DNA of 62,966 nucleotides, counting the filler, from Octopus bimaculoides (taxonomy: Eukaryota), in NCBI RefSeq assembly GCF_001194135.2. It is 4 parts of 3 records of this genome, joined end to end, with 100 filler letters (N's around TTAATTAATTAA, not from the genome) between each part and the next. Parts side by side here need not be neighbours in the genome. Positions count along the whole stretch, not along the records: positions 1 to 31,682 come from NC_068992.1; positions 31,783 to 46,883 come from NC_068988.1; 2 more parts are not named here. One strand, 5' to 3'. Both the position numbers and the translations under genes were made by a program. Numbering within the stretch: the stretch's first letter is position 1; the number at the start of each line of letters is the position of its first letter. Under the pieces are notes generated by a model. It was given only the letters and a program-made list of their open reading frames with translations. It did no database searches and was not told the origin of the DNA. This document shows, one piece after another, positions 27,530 to 41,689 of this stretch.

Positions 27530-28800
27530 ACTTATTGGTACTTGTAGCTAGCTGTGCAACCTAGAAAAGTTGGAGAATATTGCATGCGATTATTTCGTAG
27601 GCATCGCTTATAATATTTGATTGCTTTGAAAAATGGAAGGCTCACTTGATCATTTCCATAGCATTTGACACGTTCCATGAAGGACCAATACGTTCCTATA
27701 TCAAAAATCAAATTTTGGAACAAATTTCCAATCCAATTTCTCCAATATTTTCATATGAACCAACATATTTCATTCCCCAGCAAAATGCTGTTTTTAAAAA
27801 ATAATATAATGATATATATGAATATATAAATGTTAATTGAAATTTTTCCCTCTCAAATTATGATTATATCACAAATATATTTAAAGAGCTTGAAAATGTT
27901 AAACAAGAATATTAACAACATCCCATAGTAAAAATCTGACAAAATTTTAAAGCAAAATAGACCTGACTTTATTTATTGACTTATTTATTTATTATGCGCT
28001 TTTCAACATAAACTCTTTTAGGAAATTAATCTTGAATTATTAATATGAAATATTAAATTAAAATCTATGGCAAAACATATTAACAAAAAGAAAAAATAAA
28101 TAAATATAAATTATGGAAATGATGTTTTTAATTTCAAATTCAAAGAATGTAACTAATTCCACTTTATTCGATAATAATGTGAACGATTCCCAATTGAGTG
28201 ATAATAATTAGCTATTAATTATCTGATGACTGAGCATTGATCGACATAACTAATATTTCTTTTATATTATTGCTATTTAAAATATAATTACATACGTCAC
28301 AAGCAATGTTCAGGTGAGGAAAGACTTCATATTTTGATAATTCAACAAGGGTTGGAAGAAAAAGTGATAACTTCTGTATTTTCCGGCAAAGAATATAAAT
28401 TTTATATGTGTCTACATTATACTTCGTCAACTTGTACGCTAGAAAATTTGGTAGATTCAAGTCAATGAAGGAAAGAATAATATGGGATGGTAATGAGCGG
28501 AAGATAATTGATTATATGCTGGTCTATATATAAACAGCTACCAAAATCGAGCCTGTTAATAATTTCCTCAGTATATATCCGATATGCTAAAATAGTCCCC
28601 AAATATGTTTTAGACAACACTCCCTCTCATAATTTCGACATCGTGCCGAAGAACGACACATGGTGTGTGAATTAGTTGAATTCCGCTACTGGATTGTCAG
28701 AGTTTTTTGTGAGAGTAAGCGAAGCATTTCTTACAAGTTTCGTTTATGTGTACTTTTATAAATCAGCACCTTGTTGTCTGTAATCAATTTTTAAGTTCTT
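27530..28800 (-). mobile_element. Highly decayed CR1/L2/Jockey-type LINE reverse-transcriptase remnant
   Basis: Minus-strand pieces in the expected order: SFFGTMSKL*EG (ISLTS..KLLE-like), LSKYEVFPHL (FSKAFDKVPH-like), IKYYKRCLRNNRMQYSPTF (LYK..VRP.LEY-like). Many stops. Confidence 0.5.
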
Positions 28801-30568
28801 AAAAGACAGAATGAGAAAGAAAGAAAGAAAGAAAGAAAGAGGGATGAGACAAAGGGCAGACTAAGTATAATACATATCAGCCCCAAAAGGTTAATGAATA
28901 AAGTTGACCTCAGTGGGATTTGATCTCAGCTCACCAGAGCTGGAACAACCCTGTAATGGATTCTTAACCAACCTTTCTTAACCAACCCTGTAATGGATTT
29001 GCCAATATGTGATTACGACAATAGTCTGCACTTTAAAAAATATTCTGACTGGAAAACGTAATTTTGGTTGGTAGTGGATCTCCGTTGTTCAATGTTGAGG
29101 ATTTAGCTGTTTGACCAGATTGATTATCTGTTCCTTAAATTAACATTTGAGCGTATTTCACAAACACATGTACCGTTAATGTAATTCTAAGGCAAAATAA
29201 AGAAGGCAGACGCTGTGATAAGAATTTTGATTGTGAATTACAGAGTTCACACCGACGGATTTCTATACATTTTCCGTCTACCCACTTTCACTTTGCTTTG
29301 TCTGAAACCGTAGAAAATTATATTTTCTTTATAATGTCTCGCGGCGAGATCGAACGTAAGACTACATTGTTGTGAAGTAAAATTCTAAATTATTCGGCCA
29401 TCTTACGCCAGTCTTGAAAACAAAATTGCTTAAAGAAAAGAAAATACAGTATAGACATATTTAAAATGTTTTTCAAAATAGGAAATGCACAATCAAAGAG
29501 AAGAATCGAAGTTAAACACCAGTGAATAGACAAATTGCAAAATAAATAAATACGTAATATATAAATAAATAAATAAATAAATAAATGCAATTCAAAATAA
29601 CACAATCAAAGCAGAAAATATCAAAGGAAATTTGAAAATGTCTATTCAAATCATTTGAGATATCCTATTATTTAATTAAATACCATTAAGTTAATTATCA
29701 AATCAATTACACAAATTCATGCCTTTTTCGTATATCAATTATTTCCCCTTATTACATGATATTTTTAATTAAGCAAATTATATTGGCAAAAATATTGGAA
29801 GCTGTTTTTCTATATGTAACATAATTTTTCTTCACTTCTGCACGTATGGCTAGTCCTTACAATGCTAATATGATCTAATAGACCGAAACATGTCCATAGT
29901 TGTCTTTCCTTGACTGTGTAACACGTATTTTTGAGATTGTAATTTTAGATTTCTAGAAATTATCTCCCTTTTCTTTTAATGGTTGCTATCAATTACTGCT
30001 AGACATTTCTGGTCTTTTTTAGAAAAAAGGAAACTAAAAAACAGCTAAATAATTTTTTTAATACATTACTTAACGAACTGTCGCATACAACCATCAGTAT
30101 ACCATACATGAACTTAAACACACATATCCACGCAGACACACGTGCACATATACATACAAACACATATATACACGCACACGCACATATACATGCAAACACA
30201 CATAAACATGCGCACACACATGTACATACACACACACATACACACATTCATATACATATGCTTTATTTTTCAAACAATATTTCCATCCTAGTATAATATT
30301 ATAATATAATCCTTTTTAATTTTATTTTCTTCAACTGTGTTCTTTTTGCCAGAATAGCCGAAAACTTTGACGAAATTGAATTCTAGACATTTTCTATCAA
30401 TTATTTTATTACATAAAATGCTGGGTTATNNNNNNNNNNNNNNNNNNNNNNNNNNNNNNNNNNNNNNNNNNNNNNNNNNNNNNNNNNNNNNNNNNNNNNN
30501 NNNNNNNNNNNNNNNNNNNNNNNNNNNNNNNNNNNNNNNNNNNNNNNNNNNNNNNNNNNNNNNNNNNN

Positions 30569-30607
<39 letters not shown>

Positions 30608-30718
30608 GTATGTATATATATGTATATGTTATATACATATATAAGTATATGTATATATTTACCTATTTATCTGTATATACATGTATATGTATATCTATCT
30701 ATCTATTTATTTATCTAT

Positions 30719-30752
<34 letters not shown>

Positions 30753-30771
30753 CTCTCTCTCTAAACATATA

Positions 30772-30865
<94 letters not shown>

Positions 30866-31519
30866 CGTATGTATGCATATGTATATAGGATAAACGCATT
30901 CATGTTTTAAAATTTCATTTTATTTTGTTCTACACCTGTTTGTATGGTTTCAATGTAAACATGTAAACATCATCAATCATTTAAGTGTTGTTAGTTGATG
31001 CATTATTAATACCTAATTATTAAATGAGTTATTAATTTGAATGTGATGTGTAAGGTGTTTCATCAGGAGCAAATTTTTAGTTTAAGGACTGATTCAATCT
31101 ATACATTATCAAAAGCATCAACTTATGTATTCAAACAGATACACACATCTGGTTGTATTATCTAATAAAATCTCAGAGGATTTATCTTAGAAATTAATAT
31201 AGAATCTCAGTATTTACCGCAACAAATTTAACGCCTCGCTAATATTTCTACATTCCAATCCAAGTGATAATAGAACTACCAAACCCGCAGACACAGCTCT
31301 TAGGTACCAAACTTTGTTAATACTGGTAAATCGCATACTGATAAGATACATTTTTTTAAGGCGGTCGGCATTTTAAATTACCTTTGATATTTTAAAATGG
31401 TAGAATATTGGACAATCTGTTGCTCATGTTGTCAAGTTCGGAAATCTCAAAATATGATGCTAATAAAAAAAAATATAACTCGTTTTCGCAAAATAATATG
31501 AAATTCTACTGCCCGTTGT

Positions 31520-31556
<37 letters not shown>

Positions 31557-31592
31557 TATGCATACACAGACGCGCACACACACACATACACA

Positions 31593-31625
<33 letters not shown>

Positions 31626-31682
31626 GCGCGCGCACATACATACACACATACATTTATACAGAAATATATACACAGATATATA

Positions 31683-31782
31683 NNNNNNNNNNNNNNNNNN
31701 NNNNNNNNNNNNNNNNNNNNNNNNNNTTAATTAATTAANNNNNNNNNNNNNNNNNNNNNNNNNNNNNNNNNNNNNNNNNNNN
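31683..31782. other. Scaffolding gap of unknown size with a synthetic TTAATTAATTAA linker
   Basis: 44 N + TTAATTAATTAA (31727-31738) + 44 N. Same linker inside N runs at 46928-46939 and 60848-60859; it gives stops in all six frames. Confidence 0.9.
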
Positions 31783-31846
<64 letters not shown>

Positions 31847-32271
31847 TGTATGGATGGATTGATGGATGGATGGATGGATGGATGGATGGATGGATGGGTG
31901 TGCGTTTCTTTGTGCTTCTGCTTCCCCACTACCCTCCTGCTTAACAACCGGTGTTCAATGTTTACGTCCCTAGTATATTAGGGGATCGGAAGTAGAATCA
32001 ATAGAATAAGGAAACCGTCATGGCTGCAATCTAATGATTGAAATATATGAACAATGAAAGGTAACAAAGTCCAATAATATCTAGACAGTATCATAGCTTG
32101 ACACTACATCTGGTGGGAAATATCACATTTTCCACCCCGAAGTATCACAAATTGAATCTTATGAGAACAAACTTTTGTTAATACAGTTCTATATTTAAGA
32201 GATGAGGAATTATTTACATTATTTACATTATTTACATTTGACGGATATCTGTCCTCATCTTGTTTGTTGTT

Positions 32272-32316
32272 AACACAACGTTTCGGCTGATATACCCTCC
32301 AGCCTTCGTCAGGTGT
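32272..32316 (-). ncRNA. Minimal type I hammerhead ribozyme (inverted copy)
   Basis: Minus strand reads ACAC-CTGACGA-A-GGCTG-gagggtatat-CAGCC-GAAA-CG-TT-GTGT(T). Same core as the + copy, with a 4-bp stem I because the copy is 5'-truncated. Confidence 0.72.
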
Positions 32317-32343
32317 GAGAACCCAGGTTCGAAATTTCCCCAA

Positions 32344-32389
32344 GACACCTGACGAAGGCTGGAGGGTATATCAGCCGAAACGTTGTGTT
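32344..32389 (+). ncRNA. Minimal type I hammerhead ribozyme
   Basis: Stem I GACAC(32344-48)/GTGTT(32385-89); core CTGACGA(32349-55) plus an extra A; stem II GGCTG/CAGCC with a 10-nt loop; GAAA(32377-80); palindromic stem III ACGT; GUU cleavage triplet, predicted cut after 32384. Confidence 0.8.
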
Positions 32390-33893
32390 AACAACAAACA
32401 AGATGAGGACAAATATCCGTCAAATGTAAATAATGTAAATAATGTAAACTTTTGTTGTCTTGTAACTTCGATACATTCACGAATTGGTGAAATAAATGAG
32501 CCATGCATATCGAGTCTGATACAAAAGGTATTTAATCGGTCAGTGTAACCTAATGGAGCTAGGTGGCTGTTGTTTTTTTTATATCGATATCTAATTTCCG
32601 TTCAACATTGTTCATTTCATCTTCCTTAATGTATCTTAGCTATAGAGGGCAGAACTATTCCACGAGATACGTTAGAAACAAATGTAACATAATCTGAGAA
32701 TTAATGAACATACATCTACTCCATTGATTTTGTTCTTTTTGTGCTCAAGTAAGCATTGCAATCAATTATATTATTAGCGATAATTCTTCAAGGTCATTCG
32801 GGGGCAGGATAAAGAAGAATATTTGTTTTTTTATAACTTTATGTATTTATCGTTTTTCTTTTTGCGAAGTAAGCATCTCATATTCTCATTCAATTGCATT
32901 TCAACGAAAAAGGTAATTTTATGAACGATATAGATAGAAGTAATTTGGCTATTTCGTACGCTTTGAAGTTTACGTTCGTTAACGAAGATGATACTCCTTT
33001 CCTAATACATATATACATACAGACATACATACATACATACATACACACATACATATGTGTGTGTATGTATACATATATGTATGTATAAATGAATATCTAT
33101 ATACAGCCACATACACACACGTGTGTATGTATGTACGTATGTATGTATATGTGTGTGTAAGCGCGTATGTGTGTGTCTGTGTGTATGCATTTATGTATGC
33201 ATGCATGAACAGACTAAAGGATGTTGTTATATATTGCTAGTCACAATGCGCTTGTTTTAGATTCCGAATGATGCCGCTATTTCAAATCTATTGAAGAAAA
33301 ATATGAAGAATCTAAGGCTCCGTAATGTGGTAGCTTAAATTCCATATTTTTATGATACATTTTCGTAAACCAGATTTCTTGCGTTCTGTTTTAAAGAATT
33401 TAACTGTATATAAATTTTAAAGAATTTAAAGAATTTAATTGTATATATTTCGATTTTCTTTTGAGCGTTTTGTTCTATATAATGCTCTTTCAATGCGGTC
33501 TCCATTTTAAGTGAATGATATCTTTATTATACATGACCTTAAAAGCGGGAAGACATTGTATGGTACACGCCATATTCTCTAAACGCATTAAAACATATTC
33601 ACACAGATGTACCTATCTACGTATACGCATGTTTATAAGTGTGTATCACTATAGTTTATTATCCATTATACTAAGGATGATGTAAGTATATGTACGTATG
33701 TAATAGTAACATTTTAAAATGGCACCCGAGACTGTTTTCAAAGGAAGATATGGGCGCTTTTCCTTCCCCCCACTCTTACATCAAAATATCTCTTTCGTTT
33801 ATTAAACAGAAGAAACTCATACATGAAATCAGCTCTTGCGTCAAACTCTAAAGATCTCTCTGAAGAAATGTAAAACTTGAATGAAAGGGATAG

Positions 33894-33941
<48 letters not shown>

Positions 33942-36900
33942 CACAAATTAGTAGCGAAAATCAATCGCTAGGTGTGTACTTTAACTAGTAGCCTACATAG
34001 TATTACTTACTTTTAGATAAGTATATATTATATAAATTCCACCACCATATATGTGTGTGTGTATATACGTATACGCACATACATATATACATACATATTT
34101 TATAGGTTTAAACAAGCATATTACGTATGTTTACTTAAATTATCTTTTCATATCCTTGTAATTACTTTTTAATATTTGATTTTATTTTTAGTTTACAATT
34201 TACATGCACAATACTCAGCTTAAAAATCAACAAAGCCTAAGATTATGCTGGATGCTATAATCCGCTTTGTTTTTATACATATATATTCACGAAAATTTGA
34301 AGAAGTATTTGTAAAAGTTTGCAAAAGAAATAATCTTCTTTAGAAATAAAAAAGAAATGATTAAATGTTATTTTTTCTCTTTCAGCTCTTTACTTTTATA
34401 TTAAAGATTGAGCTAATCTAGAACAATAGTATATTTTTTTTCTGAACATTACAATTACATAATGATCAATGAATTAAAGTTTGAATAAATCCTCCGATGA
34501 CTAACATGCAGCAGGTATTAGTATAGGTATAACTATTTTTTCTGCGTACGATATAAGTCAGATATTTCTATAGTCTGTTATATCACAAAAAAAATATTTC
34601 CTTGTTAGTTTCCATCAATGTAAAAGGAAGGCAAATTAAATTTCAAAAAAGAAAACAGCCAAGTTGCCAATATTTTACATAAAGGTTCGATATTGTATGA
34701 GCCGACGAGGAAATTAATACAAAACAAAAAGAACTTAAAGACAGCGGAAAAAACAAACGAGCATTTTGGTTGTTTTGTTTTTTTTCTTTTATGAAAATCA
34801 ATAAGTAATAACATAGGCTAACTGAGCCGGAAAAGTAACAGAATGTGTAACGAAGCCAATTTAATAAATGTACGTATAATACTATTTAGTAGAAACTTGT
34901 ATTAAAAAATGACGTCTAGACAAAAAAGGAAATTCAAACGTGAAGTAATATTATTTGGCGCCAGATACTCTGCACATTGGCATTCCTCCAAAATTATTTT
35001 ATTTCCTTCCTCCAATGTACATTTTCTGTAATTTGATATTTGTTGCTTCCTTTACTGATAAATTCTATCAGATTTTCCATTATACAAGTCAACAGAATAG
35101 TATTATTTTAAGTTTATAATTCAAGATAGAAATAAACCAGTATCACAGTGTAGCATGAATTTGTTTCAGTGACATTAAATAATTTTTTTTTTTATGTACA
35201 ACCATTCGCATTCAGAATACAATTTTTATAAGTAACATGAGATACATTTTTTATCAGTATGTACTGTTGTGCCTGTATTGTGGCAATGTGCATGCATTTC
35301 TCGATTTCAATAATTATTTACAATTCAATCGATGATGTGGCATCTTTTTCAGGCATTTTACTAACGACGAAGAAAGCAACCTAACAACGTATGCCAATCC
35401 TCTAATTGAGTGAACGTCTAGAATTTTCTTAGAACAACAGGAAATACCGAGTTGTTCTTCATTAGATCATACATGTATTAATGTCTGAAGAAAGGAGGGA
35501 GAACTGGGTTATATATTAGCATATGTGAAATCCAAAGACTGCATAGATATTACTGAAACAGAAAAGATCATAGATCTCACTCGGAGAAACACAACGACGT
35601 CATCATTATGCAAAACGCAATAGAATTTGAGAAGCAAAACTTGTGTAAAATAGAAATACTGTTAATACAATAAATTTAGTTCTTTTCAAATATATAACTA
35701 ACATGTAATAAATACAGTAAACTATGAATATTGATATGATAAATATTAACGCAAATCGTGAAAATATCCTACTAAGTGTATTCCGAAGTCAAATGTTATC
35801 TGTTTAACTCGTTGTGATTCTATTAAACAAATACACACCAAATACACATACGAAATATGATAAGCTCGTTATGATTCTTTATATATTTATTCTAAAGTGC
35901 ACAAATGGGGGAGAGAGGGAGAGGGAGAGAGAGAGAGAGAGAGAGATTAAACATGTTAAAAATTATTAAGAAAAAACTATTTTATTCATTATATTCCACT
36001 CCTGTGTATTTATTACTCAATCTGCTGAAAAGAGCAACGTTCTTAACGCCCTTTGAGTCACTGAGCTTAATGGAAGAGAAAAGAGGGAGTTTTTATTGAG
36101 CTGGGGCATCGAAGTCCAAAGAGACAATATCAAACTGGGTGACCTATTATATGTATAACGCACAAATGATGGCCATCTCTCAAGCAGGCTTCCGCTCAAT
36201 TTGCTGTCTACGGATATCAAGTTGGTGGACACGATACGAAAAAGAAAGCATTATCCGAAATTGTCGCAACAATTTGGTCCCGAAAGTACAATGTTTTCGT
36301 TGAAAAATGTAATGCGCAGGTGTCTGTCCTCACATCTTCTAGTGAACAACCACGTATAAGTGGTTTCTGTAACCTATTTTAATGTTTTGACCACGTTCCT
36401 ATCAACTATAATCAATGTCGTTTCTTTTTTTTCACAATGTACTTTTTAAGATTAATTATTGTATAACTAACATCTTCATCAAATTTAAAATATAACTTAC
36501 TATTTTAAAAAATGAGGGACAAACAAACCTAATTGTATTCAGTTTACTTTCCTTAGTTGATTACCACTAAGCATTTCGCCCGGCGTGCTAACGTTTCTGC
36601 CAGCTCGCCGCTAATATGAGAATTTCTATCGTGGTGACTACCGCGTTATAGCTTGTTCTAGCTGAACATCGACGTTTAAATGGGGATAAACATTATCTCT
36701 TGATATTAACACTACCTCTATCGCTAATTTATACGTTTTAAACAGTTACTGTTGGTATGAAACACGAAGACGTTAGAACAAGAGTAGCGTTTAAAATCTC
36801 TCTTTCACTTTATAAGCAGAATAAATTTTACCATCACACACACACACATACACACACATTTTCTCCCTCATCTCTTTCCCTCTCTCATTCACTCTATCTA

Positions 36901-37356
36901 TCTATTAACCTATCTACCTATCTCTCGCAATATATTGTGTTCTGTTTCATTTACTTTGCATATCTTCCTCACTCCCACTCCCCAAATTACCCTTTTCTTT
37001 CTTTTAATCCTTAATGTTTTGGTATTTTAGCAGAAACACTCACATCACAAATTCACATTTGATATATTATTATCCTGATGCTTAAATATGAAATTTTTGA
37101 AATAAAATTTTTGTTTCTATGATTTTATTTCATTGTTTGATCTGTAATTATTTAACGATTCACTTTAGGCTATATATCCAAAAGATCTTGCTTAACACAC
37201 ATACTAATACATCTGTTAGGCGAAGCGAAATTAATCTCGCAAATATTTGTGTTTGAAGATGATCAATTACTTGGGATTTATGTGACACAGAGTAAATGTG
37301 TTTCCTTCAATATTATTCTATATGAAGTGATTAATAGCCTTGTAGTAGAAAACATA

Positions 37357-37408
<52 letters not shown>

Positions 37409-38610
37409 TAAAATCTATACACATGCTAGCGAAAAACTTCAGCCAGTGCAATTTCAGTAAATGCTCAGAGATATATGACTCCTCGTTTTCTGTCGCGGTT
37501 TTTCCATGTTTGAAAATGTAAAGCAAGAAAATGCTTATTTTAATGTTTAATAAGAATCATATTTACCAGAAAACATTGGCTTCATATAAATTTGGTAGTT
37601 TTGTAAATTTTTATTCATGCTTCATGTTTAATTGTAAATAATTGTGTTTTTATGAAGAATATTGTAACATCAAAACTGACTGAGTCTACATCGAAATGCT
37701 AGCCACTAGTATACTCTGGATCAGTCACAAAAAGTCGACAATTCTTCTTCCAGCAAAATTCAAAGTTTTATTGAAAAGTGAAATTATATGGATATTTGGT
37801 ATATAATAAAAATATGGGAACACTAGCAGTATAGTGGTGAGATTCCTATTATTATGCAAATATGTTCGTTGTTTAAATATCGTCTGTTCAATGAAACTGT
37901 ATTTTATCAACGCAAACATTTATGGTAAATAATCGGTAGGTAGTTGAAGCAAAGATAGAAGTTAATACTCAGATAATTTATCATCTATTAGGACAGTGGA
38001 TACTTTTGGCCTGGTAAAATATCACTGAATATTATTATATACAATCCCCACACACGAGAATAAAATCATTTGTTGTTTTCAGAAATGTAGTAAACATGTT
38101 TGTTCCGTGAATAAGAAACCTGAAAAATTTTCTCGGCGTTAACTTGTCAGTAAAAAATACCAAAGATCTGTTATTAAGAACACCGTTACTCCATTTTATT
38201 TCCAACAGAAAAAAGAGTGTTTAGAATAGGATTTTTTAAGTCACTTTTTTTATACTCATATTTCTTCTTTGACATCCACACATCTCAGGAAAAAATGGAG
38301 TTTTACAATACTTATTAGTCAAGATTTTAGCTACAGTCCAACACTTTCTCAGCTATTGATGCTCTATAGTTGTTTTTCTCCATAGTAACATTTAAGTGAT
38401 ATCTCCAGAACGAAAGATTGGGTGATTGTATAAAGGTCTTCGATTTCTCAACCCCAGAGATCCCCTTGCTTTCTTCCTGGTGTGACACTGATTAGTGCAA
38501 AGTTGTTTAGCTACAAGACTGCTCGGAAAGTATCAAATAATGACACCAATTCCACCTCAGACTCCAAACTGAGAGTGGATTTGCGAATGGATTTGGTAGA
38601 CGGAAGCCTG

Positions 38611-38648
<38 letters not shown>

Positions 38649-41600
38649 NNNNNNNNNNNNNNNNNNNNNNNNNNNNNNNNNNNNNNNNNNNNNNNNNNNN
38701 NNNNNNNNNNNNNNNNNNNNNNNNNNNNNNNNNNNNNNNNNNNNNNNNNNNNNNNNNNNNNNNNNNNNNNNNNNNNNNNNNNNNNNNNNNNNNNNNNNNN
38801 NNNNNNNNNNNNNNNNNNNNNNNNNNNNNNNNNNNNNNNNNNNNNNNNNNNNNNNNNNNNNNNNNNNNNNNNNNNNNNNNNNNNNNNNNNNNNNNNNNNN
38901 NNNNNNNNNNNNNNNNNNNNNNNNNNNNNNNNNNNNNNNNNNNNNNNNNNNNNNNNNNNNNNNNNNNNNNNNNNNNNNNNNNNNNNNNNNNNNNNNNNNN
39001 NNNNNNNNNNNNNNNNNNNNNNNNNNNNNNNNNNNNNNNNNNNNNNNNNNNNNNNNNNNNNNNNNNNNNNNNNNNNNNNNNNNNNNNNNNNNNNNNNNNN
39101 NNNNNNNNNNNNNNNNNNNNNNNNNNNNNNNNNNNNNNNNNNNNNNNNNNNNNNNNNNNNNNNNNNNNNNNNNNNNNNNNNNNNNNNNNNNNNNNNNNNN
39201 NNNNNNNNNNNNNNNNNNNNNNNNNNNNNNNNNNNNNNNNNNNNNNNNNNNNNNNNNNNNNNNNNNNNNNNNNNNNNNNNNNNNNNNNNNNNNNNNNNNN
39301 NNNNNNNNNNNNNNNNNNNNNNNNNNNNNNNNNNNNNNNNNNNNNNNNNNNNNNNNNNNNNNNNNNNNNNNNNNNNNNNNNNNNNNNNNNNNNNNNNNNN
39401 NNNNNNNNNNNNNNNNNNTATATATATATATATGTATGTATATATATATATATATGTTATATATATATATACAAAATGACACAAGAACGCAAAACATTCA
39501 TTTGAGATTATGAGAAGAAAGCGTGTTAGCGAAGAAGATTTAAAGTATAAAGAGAAAGGATGACTAAGACTAAGAATGAAGAATAAATGAGGCAGAAAAG
39601 ATATGAGGAAGAGTAATTCTAATGTCTAAAGAGATACAGTGACAGCAAAATGAGGTAAGATAGAAATAAATCGAAAGTGGCATGCCGTTCTCTGTACGAA
39701 ATCTCACTGACTACAAGGAAAAGTTATAAAAATAAGTAGTGAGAATATGCAGGGTAAATGAAATCTAGCATAACAATGAAGGCAAGGCTCGATAAAGAAG
39801 ACCCCTTGCATTATTTAGACGAAAAAGAGCAAATTATTAACAACCTGACTTGAGATAAGTGTCTCGTATTGATTAAAAAAGGTGCCGAGAGAAGCAACAT
39901 AGATGATGAAGTGCTATCAACAGTGGAGATGGAAACATATATTTTTATTGCAAGAAAGACAATGAAATCGATCAATGTAAAGAGAGATAAAGAATTTCAA
40001 AAACCTTTTTTTATGAACATCTATTAAAAAGAAGAGAAAAATTTAAGGAATGGTAAATCAAAATGAATACAGTATAAATCTAAAATATATGTATGCATGA
40101 ATGCTGCACGAAAAAAAATAAAATCGATGGAATTTCTTGTCTATTGAAGATATCCTAACCGGCATGTATACAAAAGAGAAGGTGATAGGGTAAAAAAAAA
40201 AATAGCTTGTGTGCCGATCAATTAAGTTCAACGTTTCTTCTAAATTATAGATGATTCTCACTTCCTATCAGATTATGTAAATGAACGTAATAAAAGTTAT
40301 GATGCAAAACTTGGAAACGATGAGGAAATTCTGACACCTAAAAAGTAAAAGCAGAAATATATAAGTCAATTTCAGTAGATCGATAGGGGATAGAATGAAA
40401 AACTTTTATCTTATTTATGATAGCGGTTGGTGTTTGCGACATTTCATTTATCTAAAATGATATATTTATTCACTTTACATATCTCAACAGATTGTCTGTA
40501 GCACATGTTGCATAAATCCCAACACCCTGGTACATATTTCCGGTCTAAATAATATACCAGGAGATATCGCACGATATATTGTTGGCTTTCAAGGGACCTA
40601 CGTAATTTTTTCAAACAAAGCGTCATTTTTACGCTCGATATTGGAGGAAGATGTGATTTGTACCAGGAAATGGAGCTTCAAATTGAAGACCCGATGAATA
40701 TTTTGGACTCTGCAATTATACACAACATTATAACACAGACAATGACAGTTTAGAGGGCATTGAGGGAGTTACGCTACAATTGGCGGTTTCGAGTCACGCG
40801 TTTGGTGCTAGCGACATATAAATAACAATACAAAGCTGGCTCTTTACAAATCATTTGTCTTACCATCCCTGTTGTATTCTTGTTAGACATGAACTTGTTA
40901 TGAAATGCATTTTAAATTGTTAGAACAATTCCACCAAAAATGCCTTCATCGCATTTTAAACATTAAATGGAGTTCTTTTACTCCAAACATAGATGTCCTT
41001 GCATCTGCAAGTATCACCTCAATTAAACCTATGAATTTGAAGAACCAAATGAGATGGTGTGGAGATAGATAGATAGATAGATAGATATACAGACAGATAT
41101 TCTTTATATATATAAGTGTATATATATAAATATATATAAACAATTTTATAAACTCCATTCTGTTTTATGATAGAAATTCGTGTTGTCGAAACTATATTTA
41201 AATGATATTGACAGCAAATAAGTTACTTAAAAGACGACAGAAAGTATATTTATAATTAGAAGTAAAAAAACAACCTATACATCTTCTTTATGAAAGACAA
41301 TAATTTAAATTGAGTTCGTTCACGCAGCGCACAATTGTTGTTAAAAAATCAGATTATAAATGATATGTCAACATAAATATGAAATTTGTAAGCTAAATTC
41401 TTTGATAGTATAATAGAGATATATTTTATGATGAAACGATTTTTCTCTATTCAGAAATATTAAAATGAAATAAAATATCCAATCTGAGAATATTCTATAA
41501 TTTTGTGATATTCTCAGTAATGTCAACTTGTTGTTTAATATAGAAACGAAAGCGTATTATTTGATGTATAGAAAAATAACAAATTTTGAAGTTTCGTGAA

Positions 41601-41689
41601 ACATAATTTAAATCTGAATTGTTGAAAGAATTTTGCAATATTTAACTAAAAATAATGATTTGTAGTACATACCACGAGGCTCTCCCTGG

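Larger units (their letters stand above)
32180..32445. mobile_element. Penelope-like element (PLE) terminal-repeat insertion made of two inverted copies, flanked by an 11-bp TSD
   Basis: Arms 32213-32316 and 32345-32448 are reverse complements (103/104 by manual alignment) with a 28-bp spacer. The direct repeat AAACTTTTGTT lies at 32169-32179 and 32446-32456. Each arm carries a hammerhead core. Assignment to PLEs rests on the published association of minimal hammerheads with PLE pseudo-LTRs. Confidence 0.8.

Noticed and set aside
31727-31738. TTAATTAATTAA embedded in N runs (also 46928 and 60848)
   Set aside because: Synthetic scaffolding linker, not biological.
35363-35423. Short acceptor-led frame HFTNDEESNLTTYANPLIE*
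   Set aside because: Too short to assign and no partner exons found.
40491-40601. AG/GT-bounded open frame IVCSTCCINPNTLVHISGLNNIPGDIARYIVGFQGTY
   Set aside because: No recognisable family; lies in what looks like decayed TE sequence.
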